Shown: positions 8,225-16,743 of the stretch, piece by piece
Layout of the letters: every line of letters begins with the position of its first letter
Numbering within the stretch: the stretch's first letter is position 1
IMG/VR virus record: IMGVR_UViG_3300049844_000180
Location: 1-38,527 of that record
DNA from: a virus
Lineage: Duplodnaviria; Caudoviricetes
Direction: 5' to 3' (one strand)
Length of the DNA stretch: 38,527 nucleotides
Program-made: the position numbers and the translations under genes
The notes under the pieces: model-generated
The model's database searches: none
What the model saw: the letters and a program-made list of their open reading frames with translations, nothing else
Told to the model about the DNA's origin: nothing

Positions 8225-8734
8225 TCATGGTAATTTTATTTTTTCACAAATATTCTTATAATGCTCCATAAATCTTTCAACGTTTTTTTGATTGCCATCG
8301 GTAGGACAAATCCGGCCTGAATTATAAGCATCGTAAACTTGATCGGGAATCGCTGTTTTCTTTCGATCAATAATTCCCCTAACAATCCAACAACCAAATT
8401 CAATATTGATCTCGGGAGTAAATAGGATATCTGCTTTTGCCATCTCTTTCGGCCGAGAGGCCATTCTCTCATAGTAAACAGCACCCATGATTTGCATTAA
8501 ACCCCAAGAGGTCTTTTGCATTATTTCCATCTCTGCTTTAGTGCAACCAACAATCCCCGCGCACTCTTTCACAGAGTAAAACCATCGGTAATCTTTTTCA
8601 AAACGGATGGCCTTTTCTCTAAAGTCGGATTCGGTTTTTATGATGGCCTTGATTAAGTTGAATGATAAAGAATATTGAGTGCAATATTTTTCAATCAAAG
8701 AATCAAATCTATTTCCTCCAAATTTACCTAACAT
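8225..8734 (-). CDS. Endolysin, lytic transglycosylase (SLT/GH23-like)
   Basis: Catalytic motif IIKTESDF plus SWGLMQIM and AYNSG. Confidence 0.9.
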   Translation of the reverse strand: MLGKFGGNRFDSLIEKYCTQYSLSFNLIKAIIKTESDFREKAIRFEKDYRWFYSVKECAGIVGCTKAEMEIMQKTSWGLMQIMGAVYYERMASRPKEMAKADILFTPEINIEFGCWIVRGIIDRKKTAIPDQVYDAYNSGRICPTDGNQKNVERFMEHYKNICEKIKLP

Positions 8735-8747
8735 TTTTCGCCTCTAC

Positions 8748-8981
8748 TTACTTTGGTGGCTCGATTTGTTTTGATGCCTCAATCTGCGCTTTAATTCTTT
8801 CAATCTGAGAGAGGTAGCGATCTCTTACTTTTGTCGGTATTTCGGTTTCAATTGATGTTAGAAAACGCAAAAATTCCTCCCTCATCTTTTCATTGTTATT
8901 TTTCTTGTCAATAAAATAAACAACCAACTTTATTAGCATCGGGAGTAAGCTTGTAACTAAAGTGCCTACGATGGCCCACAT
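8748..8981 (-). CDS. Membrane protein, holin or i-spanin candidate
   Basis: N-terminal transmembrane helix plus charged coiled coil, immediately upstream of the endolysin; GGAGG SD. Confidence 0.55.
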   Translation of the reverse strand: MWAIVGTLVTSLLPMLIKLVVYFIDKKNNNEKMREEFLRFLTSIETEIPTKVRDRYLSQIERIKAQIEASKQIEPPK

Positions 8982-8996
8982 ATTTAATCCTCCTGT

Positions 8997-9686
8997 TTAT
9001 CTTCGATATTGAACAGTATCATAGCCAAATGTTGTATGGCGTGCGAGCCGATAAGGTTTATTTGCCTCGATAAAAATATAAGTGCAAAATCCTTTCTTTA
9101 TCTTATAAGTAAATTTCTTACCCTTATTACCGCTTTCAATCTCACACCCAGGATCGGGAGAGGTGATCACCTCGGTTTCAAAAGAGATCGTTTCAATTGA
9201 TCCCATTCTTTCCTGGCAAGTGCTTACTCCCTGAGTATCCTCGGTAACGACACCGCAAACATTGTGGGCGGGGAGAGTGGTTGATTCGTCTAAGAAATCA
9301 ATATACGCCCCTGAAAACATTCCTTGCTCATTGAATGCAGAGACCATTGCCGGGCATGATCCCGCCGTTTCAATCTCATTTGGGGTATAATTATAAATGA
9401 ATCGCTTTCGATTCATGAAAGTTTTTGGCTCGTTAATTATAAATTCCCTGCTACAAGTACGGAAAGAGAGGAGATCAATCTTATCCTCGGCATCGAATTG
9501 TAGGGTGTAAAGAGGTTTACGGCCGACGTGCCCCATTCCATCAAATACGCCATCGGGGTTTTTAACCGTCACACTGATATCCATTTTGTAGGTATTTTTG
9601 GGATCCATTTTTATTTGCATCTTAGAGCACCCAGAGAATGCGTGTATCATGATAATTAAAATCATGATCTTTAAAACGAAACTCAT
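8997..9686 (-). CDS. Cysteine-rich lipoprotein (229 aa)
   Basis: GGAGG SD before ATG 9686; signal peptide with lipobox FSG-C20; six further Cys. Confidence 0.75.
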   Translation of the reverse strand: MSFVLKIMILIIMIHAFSGCSKMQIKMDPKNTYKMDISVTVKNPDGVFDGMGHVGRKPLYTLQFDAEDKIDLLSFRTCSREFIINEPKTFMNRKRFIYNYTPNEIETAGSCPAMVSAFNEQGMFSGAYIDFLDESTTLPAHNVCGVVTEDTQGVSTCQERMGSIETISFETEVITSPDPGCEIESGNKGKKFTYKIKKGFCTYIFIEANKPYRLARHTTFGYDTVQYRR

Positions 9687-9750
9687 AGCGGCCTCCAATT
9701 TAATCCGACCTTTAAATAAATTGTATCTCACTATTCCCCCTTACCCATAC

Positions 9751-9780
9751 AAAAAAAAGGGAGCGGCATTACTCGCTCCC
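9751..9780 (-). terminator. Rho-independent terminator
   Basis: GGGAGCG/CGCTCCC stem followed by T8 on the minus strand. Confidence 0.8.
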
Positions 9781-9862
9781 AATCGATTCAATTCAATCCA
9801 ATAACTTTTTTCCTCAATACCACACTACTTAAACAATATAATCTCCCTATGGTCGGTTAATA

Positions 9863-10141
9863 TTATTTAACAATAACTTCGATTCCTTCGAGAATTGGGA
9901 TGAGAGCACCTTTACCAAATGCCCATGGCTCCGCTTTCGCGTCGGCGGGAATATTCTTGACTTCCGATGCAACCCCTAACAAAGAGGTAAGTGCGGTTGT
10001 CATGATTGGAGGAATATCACTGCCAGGTTGCCAATCATCTTTTAAAACCTCATCGGCGGTCTTAAGAATGTTGCCGATTGCCTCTCCCATCGCTAACGAT
10101 GATTTAGTGCACTTTACATTTCTGTCAACTAATTCGGTCAT
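9863..10141 (-). CDS. Hypothetical helical protein in lysis region (92 aa)
   Basis: AGGAG SD; amphipathic helices. Confidence 0.75.
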   Translation of the reverse strand: MTELVDRNVKCTKSSLAMGEAIGNILKTADEVLKDDWQPGSDIPPIMTTALTSLLGVASEVKNIPADAKAEPWAFGKGALIPILEGIEVIVK

Positions 10142-10185
10142 GATTAAACTCCTATTTGATCCCCGCTTGATTGCGGATAAATCCT

Positions 10186-10236
10186 CTACTTATTCCCTTT
10201 CATTTTTTTTGTTTTTTTCTTTCCCTTACAGGCCAT
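10186..10236 (-). CDS. Lysine-rich micropeptide (16 aa, MACKGKKKTKKMKGNK)
   Basis: Translated by hand; AAGGAG SD about 7 nt upstream; fills the intergenic gap. Confidence 0.55.
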   Translation of the reverse strand: MACKGKKKTKKMKGNK

Positions 10237-10251
10237 TAGATTTCTCCTTTC

Positions 10252-10455
10252 TTAAAGTGATTTGAATATTGATACAATAGCAGCGATTACGATCCCAAGC
10301 AATGCCATTGCTTTTTTATCGATCCTTTTTTTAATCCTCTTTTCTCCTATGATTTCATGGTGCCTTGCTAATAGGAGTTTAACGTCGGTTTTTATTTCAT
10401 CAATATTTTTTGCCATCAAATCTAAGTATGGCTTTTGATCGCAAGGATGGCTCAT
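10252..10455 (-). CDS. Holin-like protein (coiled coil plus C-terminal TM helix)
   Basis: NIDEIKTDVKLLL coil, basic stretch, hydrophobic C-terminus; lies upstream of the lysis genes. Confidence 0.55.
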   Translation of the reverse strand: MSHPCDQKPYLDLMAKNIDEIKTDVKLLLARHHEIIGEKRIKKRIDKKAMALLGIVIAAIVSIFKSL

Positions 10456-10655
10456 GATTCTCTTTCCGAAATAATATTTTTTCGGTTATCCTTGGCCTCG
10501 TTATTCCAAGCCTCGATGGCATCGGATTTAAATGTTTTAACAGGGCCGCGGCTCTTGCATGATTCGCATTCAACCCAACAAACACCGCATTCCATAGGAA
10601 TTATTTTTTCGTTTTCCTCACAGAAACGACAGGCCCTTAAATTTAATTTTGGCAT
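10452..10655 (-). CDS. Lar-family restriction alleviation-like zinc-finger protein
   Basis: L.ACRFC ... WVECESC.SRGP ... AIEAWN pattern of Lar-like proteins; AAGGGGG SD before ATG 10655. Confidence 0.75.
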   Translation of the reverse strand: MPKLNLRACRFCEENEKIIPMECGVCWVECESCKSRGPVKTFKSDAIEAWNNEAKDNRKNIISERES

Positions 10656-10713
10656 CAATCCCCCTTCTTGGTGTTTAACGTTCCACGATAAAATCATGAT
10701 CGCATTTTAACAA

Positions 10714-10890
10714 TCAATCATCAATCGTGCTTAAAATTATTTTAACCATTTTCCCACATTGGGGGCATTCGAGATAAGATGAATCCTTGTGATAAGTCGC
10801 AATCCAATCCTTAGAGCAATCAGGGCAAAACATTTTTGTATTCGTCCATACCTTTCGATAATCCTCGAGATCGAAAACTTTTGCGATCAA
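10714..10890 (-). CDS. Small zinc-ribbon protein (58 aa)
   Basis: Translated by hand: MIAKVFDLEDYRK...CPDC...CPQCG; TTG start overlapping the upstream TGA; GGAGG SD. Confidence 0.7.
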   Translation of the reverse strand: MIAKVFDLEDYRKVWTNTKMFCPDCSKDWIATYHKDSSYLECPQCGKMVKIILSTIDD

Positions 10891-11030
10891 CAATCCTCCG
10901 TTGCAAGAAAAGCATCAATAATCCCGTCCTCTTTTTTTAAACCATCAAAAAACTTATCATTGTCATTATTTGAGAAATCAGCTTGAAACTTTTCATCACT
11001 CATCACAATAGTAATTACTACTTTTTTCAT
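10887..11030 (-). CDS. Small acidic hypothetical protein (47 aa)
   Basis: Translated by hand: MKKVVITIVMSDEKFQADF...; 4-nt start/stop overlaps on both sides. Confidence 0.6.
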   Translation of the reverse strand: MKKVVITIVMSDEKFQADFSNNDNDKFFDGLKKEDGIIDAFLATEDC

Positions 11031-11185
11031 TGGAAAAATTCCTTGATGCAAACGTAATCCTCGGAAACAATATCCTCCTCATTCTCGGGCTCGACCATGC
11101 GGCACTTTTTAACGAGCACTTGGCTTGAACAAGAGGAGAGCAAAATGAAGCAACCCAAACCCATCAATTTTATTAATTTCCTCAT
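11027..11185 (-). CDS. Small lipoprotein (52 aa)
   Basis: Translated by hand: MRKLIKLMGLGCFILLSS-C19 lipobox, two more Cys; GAGGAG SD. Confidence 0.7.
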   Translation of the reverse strand: MRKLIKLMGLGCFILLSSCSSQVLVKKCRMVEPENEEDIVSEDYVCIKEFFQ

Positions 11186-11278
11186 CTCATTCTCCTCTAG
11201 TTTATCCCCGTTAATAAATTACATTCTTATCAAAACGCTTACCTTAGGGGATGATTTATTCTGTGGGATTTTGAATTG

Positions 11279-11322
11279 AAAAGCAAGAGGGGAAATTAAA
11301 CATGAAAAATTTTCCCCTCTTG
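11279..11322 (-). terminator. Terminator-like hairpin after the last tail gene
   Basis: 12-bp stem CAAGAGGGGAAA/TTTCCCCTCTTG followed by CTTTT on the minus strand. Confidence 0.65.
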
Positions 11323-11349
11323 TATTACCAGTATAGCGTGGTAGGTATG

Positions 11350-13104
11350 CTATTTATAACCGTGACAAGAAATATTGAAATTACTATTTGCGGCCGTATC
11401 AGTGCTTGTATCTGAACAATATACACTTGCAGAAGATGTCGTTTCAGAATATGGTCGGCAATTGTTATTTACTGACCGAGAAGAAACCATGCAATTTACA
11501 TTATTAGTTGTAAAAACCCCGGCGGCAAAATTTATTGTGTAATCGCCTGTGCTATTGTACCCCACGGATGATATCCACGAGCTTCCGCTCCTGCTAACAG
11601 AACATGGCCCTGAAGTGCAAGGAGCATCCGATCCATTATCAACTCTAGCTGAATTGTAAACACTCACGCCCTGATAACTCGTCCCCACACTGTTCACAAT
11701 CTGTGGCATCGGGGAGGTGGGGTAGACGGGTTCAATTGAAATACCAGCAAAAGATTCAGCGTTATCTGCATAAATCGTTACATTTGTACCGGATATGAGC
11801 TTAGCAGTAAAAGTCTTGGATGGTTGAAATGAAGAGTAAGAAAAAAAAGCGAAACACTGATTTAAACCGCTAGATGCGTATTGATAAGAGCATGGTCTAT
11901 TTGTGGTTCCGTCGCCTATCCCAATATTTGCAGCGGTTCCATAGGCGGTCCCATAAACTGTAACCTTATAAACCCAATCGGCTCGTAAATTAGTTTGAGT
12001 CAATTCTAAATAATCATCTCGTCCGTATGAAACACTACCTAGTTTTCTGGTTGCAGTATTACAATCTGAATCAGTTAAGTCACCCGGTGAAGATGTATTA
12101 AATGCGCATGAAGAAATATTTGACCACTCTAATGCCCCAAACTGATTCCCACTCTCCGCCCTCACCACGGTCTCGGAGGCGGTGTCCGTTGCCCAAGTGG
12201 GTTTGGAATTTAATCTCACATTGAAATTAATTACAGAATAAGATACTGAGCTAGGATAAACACAAGTAAAAGTTGTTGATCCTGCGTTTCCTGATCCTAC
12301 AACATAATCAGGTATTTGGTGAGATCCGCTACAAGTAAATGATTGTTCTCCAGAGCTTAAATTTGATACCGCTACTCCTGATATGTTTAAGTTTCTAGTC
12401 GTGGTTGAATTGCTATATGCAATCCACGCACTCCCCTTAAGCCACCAAACACCATTGCGATCAACCGAAGGAACTGCTCTTGCGTAAGCGGCATAACTAA
12501 AATTTGTCCCTGATAAACATGATGATCCACTACATGCAGTTAATAGATCATACTCCTTATCAAGTTGATCCACGCTCCCGATATTGAGGTTGTCTCCTAT
12601 GTAACCATCGTCGGCATAAACGATATCGCCGTTAGCTCCGTTAGTAACTTTTGTTTGATACGCGCTTGCAACACTTGAGCAAGCAAAAGTGAGCGTTGCT
12701 TTTCTAAATACTCCGTTAGTCGATGGCAAATCCATTACGTTAATTCGATTGGCACCGTAATAAATTTCTAAATCAAAAACCGCGCTTGTCGTACGATAGT
12801 AAATCGTTGTCTCACAATTATCAGTGCCCTCTTTAACGGTCACCGAGGGGAAATTAAGATAATCACTTGTCGCTGAGGAGGTAAACTTAATCGATGCCTT
12901 GCCCGGTCGTTTGATTGTAGTTTCAAGAGCAAGCACGCCGCCACCCGTTTCACTCCAACCAGTTTTCCCTAATTCAGCACTCCCGTTTTTGTAAAGGTTT
13001 TTAAGTGCCAACATCGAGGATTGAGCATCCGTGAATTGGGCGTTAACCCCAAAGGTTAAGAAAAAAGAAAAGAGAAAAGCGAAAAACATTCTTGGCCAAA
13101 TCAT
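11350..13104 (-). CDS. Signal-peptide-bearing, Cys-rich multi-domain tail fibre/receptor-binding-like protein
   Basis: Last gene of the tail operon; Sec signal ending VNA|Q; CBM-like NLYKNGSAE...GW start; fibre-type C-terminus WISSV...TGDYTINF; 16 Cys. Confidence 0.7.
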   Translation of the reverse strand: MIWPRMFFAFLFSFFLTFGVNAQFTDAQSSMLALKNLYKNGSAELGKTGWSETGGGVLALETTIKRPGKASIKFTSSATSDYLNFPSVTVKEGTDNCETTIYYRTTSAVFDLEIYYGANRINVMDLPSTNGVFRKATLTFACSSVASAYQTKVTNGANGDIVYADDGYIGDNLNIGSVDQLDKEYDLLTACSGSSCLSGTNFSYAAYARAVPSVDRNGVWWLKGSAWIAYSNSTTTRNLNISGVAVSNLSSGEQSFTCSGSHQIPDYVVGSGNAGSTTFTCVYPSSVSYSVINFNVRLNSKPTWATDTASETVVRAESGNQFGALEWSNISSCAFNTSSPGDLTDSDCNTATRKLGSVSYGRDDYLELTQTNLRADWVYKVTVYGTAYGTAANIGIGDGTTNRPCSYQYASSGLNQCFAFFSYSSFQPSKTFTAKLISGTNVTIYADNAESFAGISIEPVYPTSPMPQIVNSVGTSYQGVSVYNSARVDNGSDAPCTSGPCSVSRSGSSWISSVGYNSTGDYTINFAAGVFTTNNVNCMVSSRSVNNNCRPYSETTSSASVYCSDTSTDTAANSNFNISCHGYK

Positions 13105-14624
13105 ATTAAAACCTCACTGGTTGACGGTTGAAAAAGTGCTACGTCGGTATTTGCGTCGGATAATCTTGAGAGAGAAATTAAAATGGAGTCGTTTGCACTT
13201 ACGGCAACACCGTTGATATTTCCGGTTGAATCCGTAAGGTCAAGGTCAACAACATATTCAAGGTTAGCGGTACCAATTGCTTGAGCGGCATTGGTGCTCG
13301 TCCTTTGATTGGTAGTTGAGGAAAGAGGATCGATTGTACTACGAATGAGCGTGGCAACGGATCGGATAAGAATATCACCGCTCCCAGTGGGTGAGAAAAT
13401 CTTTATCCTCAATTTTATTTGTGATCCTGGGGTATAAGAGTTTGGCACTTTCAAAAGAGTGCCGGGCTTTTGAGTTTCCCCTGGGGTGAATACATAAGTG
13501 AATTGCCCAAAGTAAGTGTCCTCAAGAGCGGCATACTCATTGTTATTATGCCAGACAAGAGAAACACCACCACCACTACCAATGCTTGTTAGATTAGCAC
13601 CATCGTCACCGTAGAGCTTATTCTCGTCGGTAGCATACCATAGGGCACCCTCATATCTCCCATGGGCTGTAATCGCTGCTTTGGTGCCGATAAAAACAAA
13701 CGTGCCATCCATATTGAGCATCTTAAGAGTGCGGGTGGTACCCGTTGCAATACTTGAGGCATCGAATTTGAAACGCTTGGTAACGTCGGTTTCATCAACT
13801 ACAAAATTGGTTGAGGCCTTATAGGATTTATTCGTTACCGTTTGAGTATGAGAGACCGTTAGGATTTCGGCCTCCGCACCGGCATCGCCGAGTTTCCACC
13901 GGGAGGCCAAGGCGCTCGCAAAAATAATGGTGGCGTTTGTTGAGTCACTGATTTCAACGGTCAATCCCGCAAGCAAATTCGCACTTGCAAGGTTGCCTCC
14001 GTTGTTAATTAAAATATTGGCGTCCTCAACTTCGAGAGAGGTTGAATTTATGGTGGTGACGGTACCATCAACGGTTAAGTCACCGGTAACGACAAGGTTG
14101 CCACCCACATAAAGATTTTTCTCAATCCCAACCCCGCCCTCTACAATAAGGGCACCGGTATCTTTCGTCGTCGATTGAGTGGTGTTAGAAATCGTAGTGA
14201 TCGCCGAAAAGGTTTTAATTCCCGTCACTGTTTGAGTGGAGCTCTTATCTATAAGCTCACTCCAAAGAGCAACACCCACGCCAACACCCTTGGCGAAATG
14301 CCATGTTTCGGATGTGGTATTATACCAGGTTGAGCCGACCTCGTAATTAGAGGCGCTATCGTCCGTCACGGTAGGATTAACAATCGCCGTGAGATTTTTT
14401 TTCATCGAATCGATGATGGCCCAATAGCTGTTATTATAGAGATGAGCGGTCTTATCAGTAGTGTTGAAATACGCATCACCTTGACTTGCGGGAGATGCTT
14501 TTGCGGATACATAAGCGGCATCCGATGCGTAGTTTTGAAATGCACTTGTTGTTAAGAAAGTTTGAGGTGGTGCCGCCGTTGGCGTGCCCTCTGCAAAAGT
14601 GACTATGCGTGTCTCTCCGCTCAT
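13101..14624 (-). CDS. Tail fibre protein
   Basis: Fibre-shaft motifs QTVTGIKTF, STTKDTGALIVEGGVGIEKNLYVGGNL, GDLTVDGTVTTINST..EVEDA.I; GSGGG linker to a C-terminal domain. Confidence 0.8.
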   Translation of the reverse strand: MSGETRIVTFAEGTPTAAPPQTFLTTSAFQNYASDAAYVSAKASPASQGDAYFNTTDKTAHLYNNSYWAIIDSMKKNLTAIVNPTVTDDSASNYEVGSTWYNTTSETWHFAKGVGVGVALWSELIDKSSTQTVTGIKTFSAITTISNTTQSTTKDTGALIVEGGVGIEKNLYVGGNLVVTGDLTVDGTVTTINSTSLEVEDANILINNGGNLASANLLAGLTVEISDSTNATIIFASALASRWKLGDAGAEAEILTVSHTQTVTNKSYKASTNFVVDETDVTKRFKFDASSIATGTTRTLKMLNMDGTFVFIGTKAAITAHGRYEGALWYATDENKLYGDDGANLTSIGSGGGVSLVWHNNNEYAALEDTYFGQFTYVFTPGETQKPGTLLKVPNSYTPGSQIKLRIKIFSPTGSGDILIRSVATLIRSTIDPLSSTTNQRTSTNAAQAIGTANLEYVVDLDLTDSTGNINGVAVSANDSILISLSRLSDANTDVALFQPSTSEVLI

Positions 14625-14633
14625 GGTTATCTC

Positions 14634-16682
14634 CTATAGTCCTAATAAATCCGTTGCTATTATTTTCGATTTCATTGGTGATTTCGATATGCTGATTACT
14701 TTCAATTCCTTGTTTGTTTCATTTCCCAAAATTCCATCTCTGATTATCTTGAGATCATCGCCCAAAATACTATCTAGGTTAATGGCCTTTGTATCAAATT
14801 TATAAAGTGCTTTCCTCTCCGCGTACACGCCCGCGATCGATGCAATTCGGTCGGTGATCTTTTCGAGTACGTGACGAAAGCGGTTGGCATTGTTTATCTT
14901 ATGTAGGTATTTCGCCTTTAACGATATCTCCGTGGCGCTCGCATCGACGATACCCTCATTGTGGCTCCAATGAGGATTGTAGGCGATTATTTGATGGGCC
15001 ATATCTTTATAGTTGATTTCGATAGCGTAGGTGTTTTGGATGATATCAATATCGGTGATTTCAAAGGTGCTCGTCGGTGATTGAAACAATCGGTATTCGA
15101 TTTCAAAATCGTTTGCCAGTGTCAGAAATGACAAAGCCGATTTAAGTATCAACTGAATGTAGTCAACATACCGGGAAAAATCTCCCTCATCAAATTGAGG
15201 TATTGAGAATGCACAATTGGAATCAAGCGCGGCCTTGGCGGCGGTGATGCTTACGGCATCAACTGTAAGGCCAGCATTGATCAAGAGCTCTTTAACCACC
15301 TCGGCATGATTGGCCTTAGAGTAATCAGGTCTCACCCGATACTTGACTTTGTACTTGCCAGGATCGAGGACGGCAAGCCCTGGGTGATTGGTCTCAAAGT
15401 TATTAACAAATGTGATCTTGAGGTATTTATTACCACCACTTGTGGTGGTCACTGTGGCGGTATAATCGCGCCCGTAAAGGCATAGGTAGGTTTCATTGCT
15501 CTCGTTAGTAACAAGCACGCTGGGGCAATCGTTTGGAGTGACAACCGCCCCCGTGCTTATTCCCCCCTCTTTGGAGCAATAGAGGTAATTGTTTATACGA
15601 TCCGTATAAATCACGCGTAAGTAATAATTGACCATTACTTGAGTGACAACAAAGGTATCACCGATAAAAAACTTTCCGGTTTCGCCGGCGGTACCCGTGA
15701 GCCTGGTAAAGTTGGGATCGGTGTTGTCAATGTTTGATGGTGTGAAACCAAAATCAAGAAATCCTTCACCGGAAACCCTACATACTCCCCACTCACGATT
15801 GTTTGAGGTGGTAAGCTCATTATCATAATCGGTACAAATAGCATTATAGAGGGTTGATTGATCGAGAGCTTGAGCATCGGGGAGAGTGGGGTTGCTTTCG
15901 GATATCGTTTTAAAGCGGCTCGCTTTCCCGATAATGAAATGGATAAGTGCCCCGCTATAATTGGGATTCATGTTAGGGAAATCGTTTTGAGTAAAATAAC
16001 ATTCGCCCGCATCGTCTCCCATATACGCAGGGAGGAGTAGACCTCCCAATTGATCCTCGAATTGCAATTGAACAGTATTGCCCGAGAGACCAATTCCCGC
16101 TACTCTCCCGTTGTAAATTTTTTGAATGTTTTCTACACCGTCAAGGCATAGCCAAATCTTGGCCTCACATAAGTTGAATGAATCATCGGCGGTGAGGTAG
16201 TCCTCAAATTCATTTTCGTCATTGATAATCGTCATGCCCGATAATGATATTTGTAAGTTTCCTTGAATCACATTCTCAATTGAGTTTGAAATTTCAGGGT
16301 TGGTTTTAATTCTTGGTATCCAATCCCTTAAAGGGGTATTGACGTCCTCTGGGTTTTCATTTAATACCCGGTACCTCCCGCCCGTAAGAAACACATAGTA
16401 ATTTACCACGATGATATTCGATGCGCTTGGGGTTGAGTAAACGATCAATGCCTTGGTTGTCTCATCATAGGAATACTCACCGGGATTTAATACGGTTGTC
16501 ACTTTTGTCAATGAAACATCATTGGCCATCACCGATGAGATTGGATAATTAAATGTGGCCTGATATTTGCCACCACCAATGCTAACGAGATTTGAGTTAA
16601 CTACTCTCCTCGGTACCAATCGGATTAGATAAAACTTTTCCGATGTTTGATTTAACTTAATAGTTGAAAAGTTATTTGGCAT
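14634..16682 (-). CDS. Tail tip / baseplate hub protein
   Basis: 682 aa, downstream of tape measure and distal tail genes; beta-rich. Confidence 0.65.
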   Translation of the reverse strand: MPNNFSTIKLNQTSEKFYLIRLVPRRVVNSNLVSIGGGKYQATFNYPISSVMANDVSLTKVTTVLNPGEYSYDETTKALIVYSTPSASNIIVVNYYVFLTGGRYRVLNENPEDVNTPLRDWIPRIKTNPEISNSIENVIQGNLQISLSGMTIINDENEFEDYLTADDSFNLCEAKIWLCLDGVENIQKIYNGRVAGIGLSGNTVQLQFEDQLGGLLLPAYMGDDAGECYFTQNDFPNMNPNYSGALIHFIIGKASRFKTISESNPTLPDAQALDQSTLYNAICTDYDNELTTSNNREWGVCRVSGEGFLDFGFTPSNIDNTDPNFTRLTGTAGETGKFFIGDTFVVTQVMVNYYLRVIYTDRINNYLYCSKEGGISTGAVVTPNDCPSVLVTNESNETYLCLYGRDYTATVTTTSGGNKYLKITFVNNFETNHPGLAVLDPGKYKVKYRVRPDYSKANHAEVVKELLINAGLTVDAVSITAAKAALDSNCAFSIPQFDEGDFSRYVDYIQLILKSALSFLTLANDFEIEYRLFQSPTSTFEITDIDIIQNTYAIEINYKDMAHQIIAYNPHWSHNEGIVDASATEISLKAKYLHKINNANRFRHVLEKITDRIASIAGVYAERKALYKFDTKAINLDSILGDDLKIIRDGILGNETNKELKVISISKSPMKSKIIATDLLGL

Positions 16683-16743
16683 TTAATACCCGACTTTTGA
16701 GCGTTGTGTTTGTTCTGGGTGGAACAATTTGTAGAACAATCAT
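16672..16743 (-). CDS. Bridging mini-ORF (23 aa, MIVLQIVPPRTNTTLKSRVLNAK)
   Basis: AGGAG SD; ATG overlaps the upstream TGA; stop lies within the start of the hub gene. Confidence 0.5.
   Translation of the reverse strand: MIVLQIVPPRTNTTLKSRVLNAK

Noticed and set aside
10789-11279. Plus-strand ORFs 10789-10986 and 11097-11279
   Set aside because: Better explained by three coupled minus-strand genes with SD sequences and recognisable motifs
11281-11660. Diversity-generating retroelement target (variable fibre C-terminus followed by a hairpin)
   Set aside because: No reverse transcriptase and no template-repeat copy seen in the window; action in trans cannot be excluded
11350-14624. Invertase-driven tail-fibre shufflon
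   Set aside because: No recombinase gene, no inverted fibre cassettes and no repeated crossover sites; the GC-rich linkers are not copies of each other
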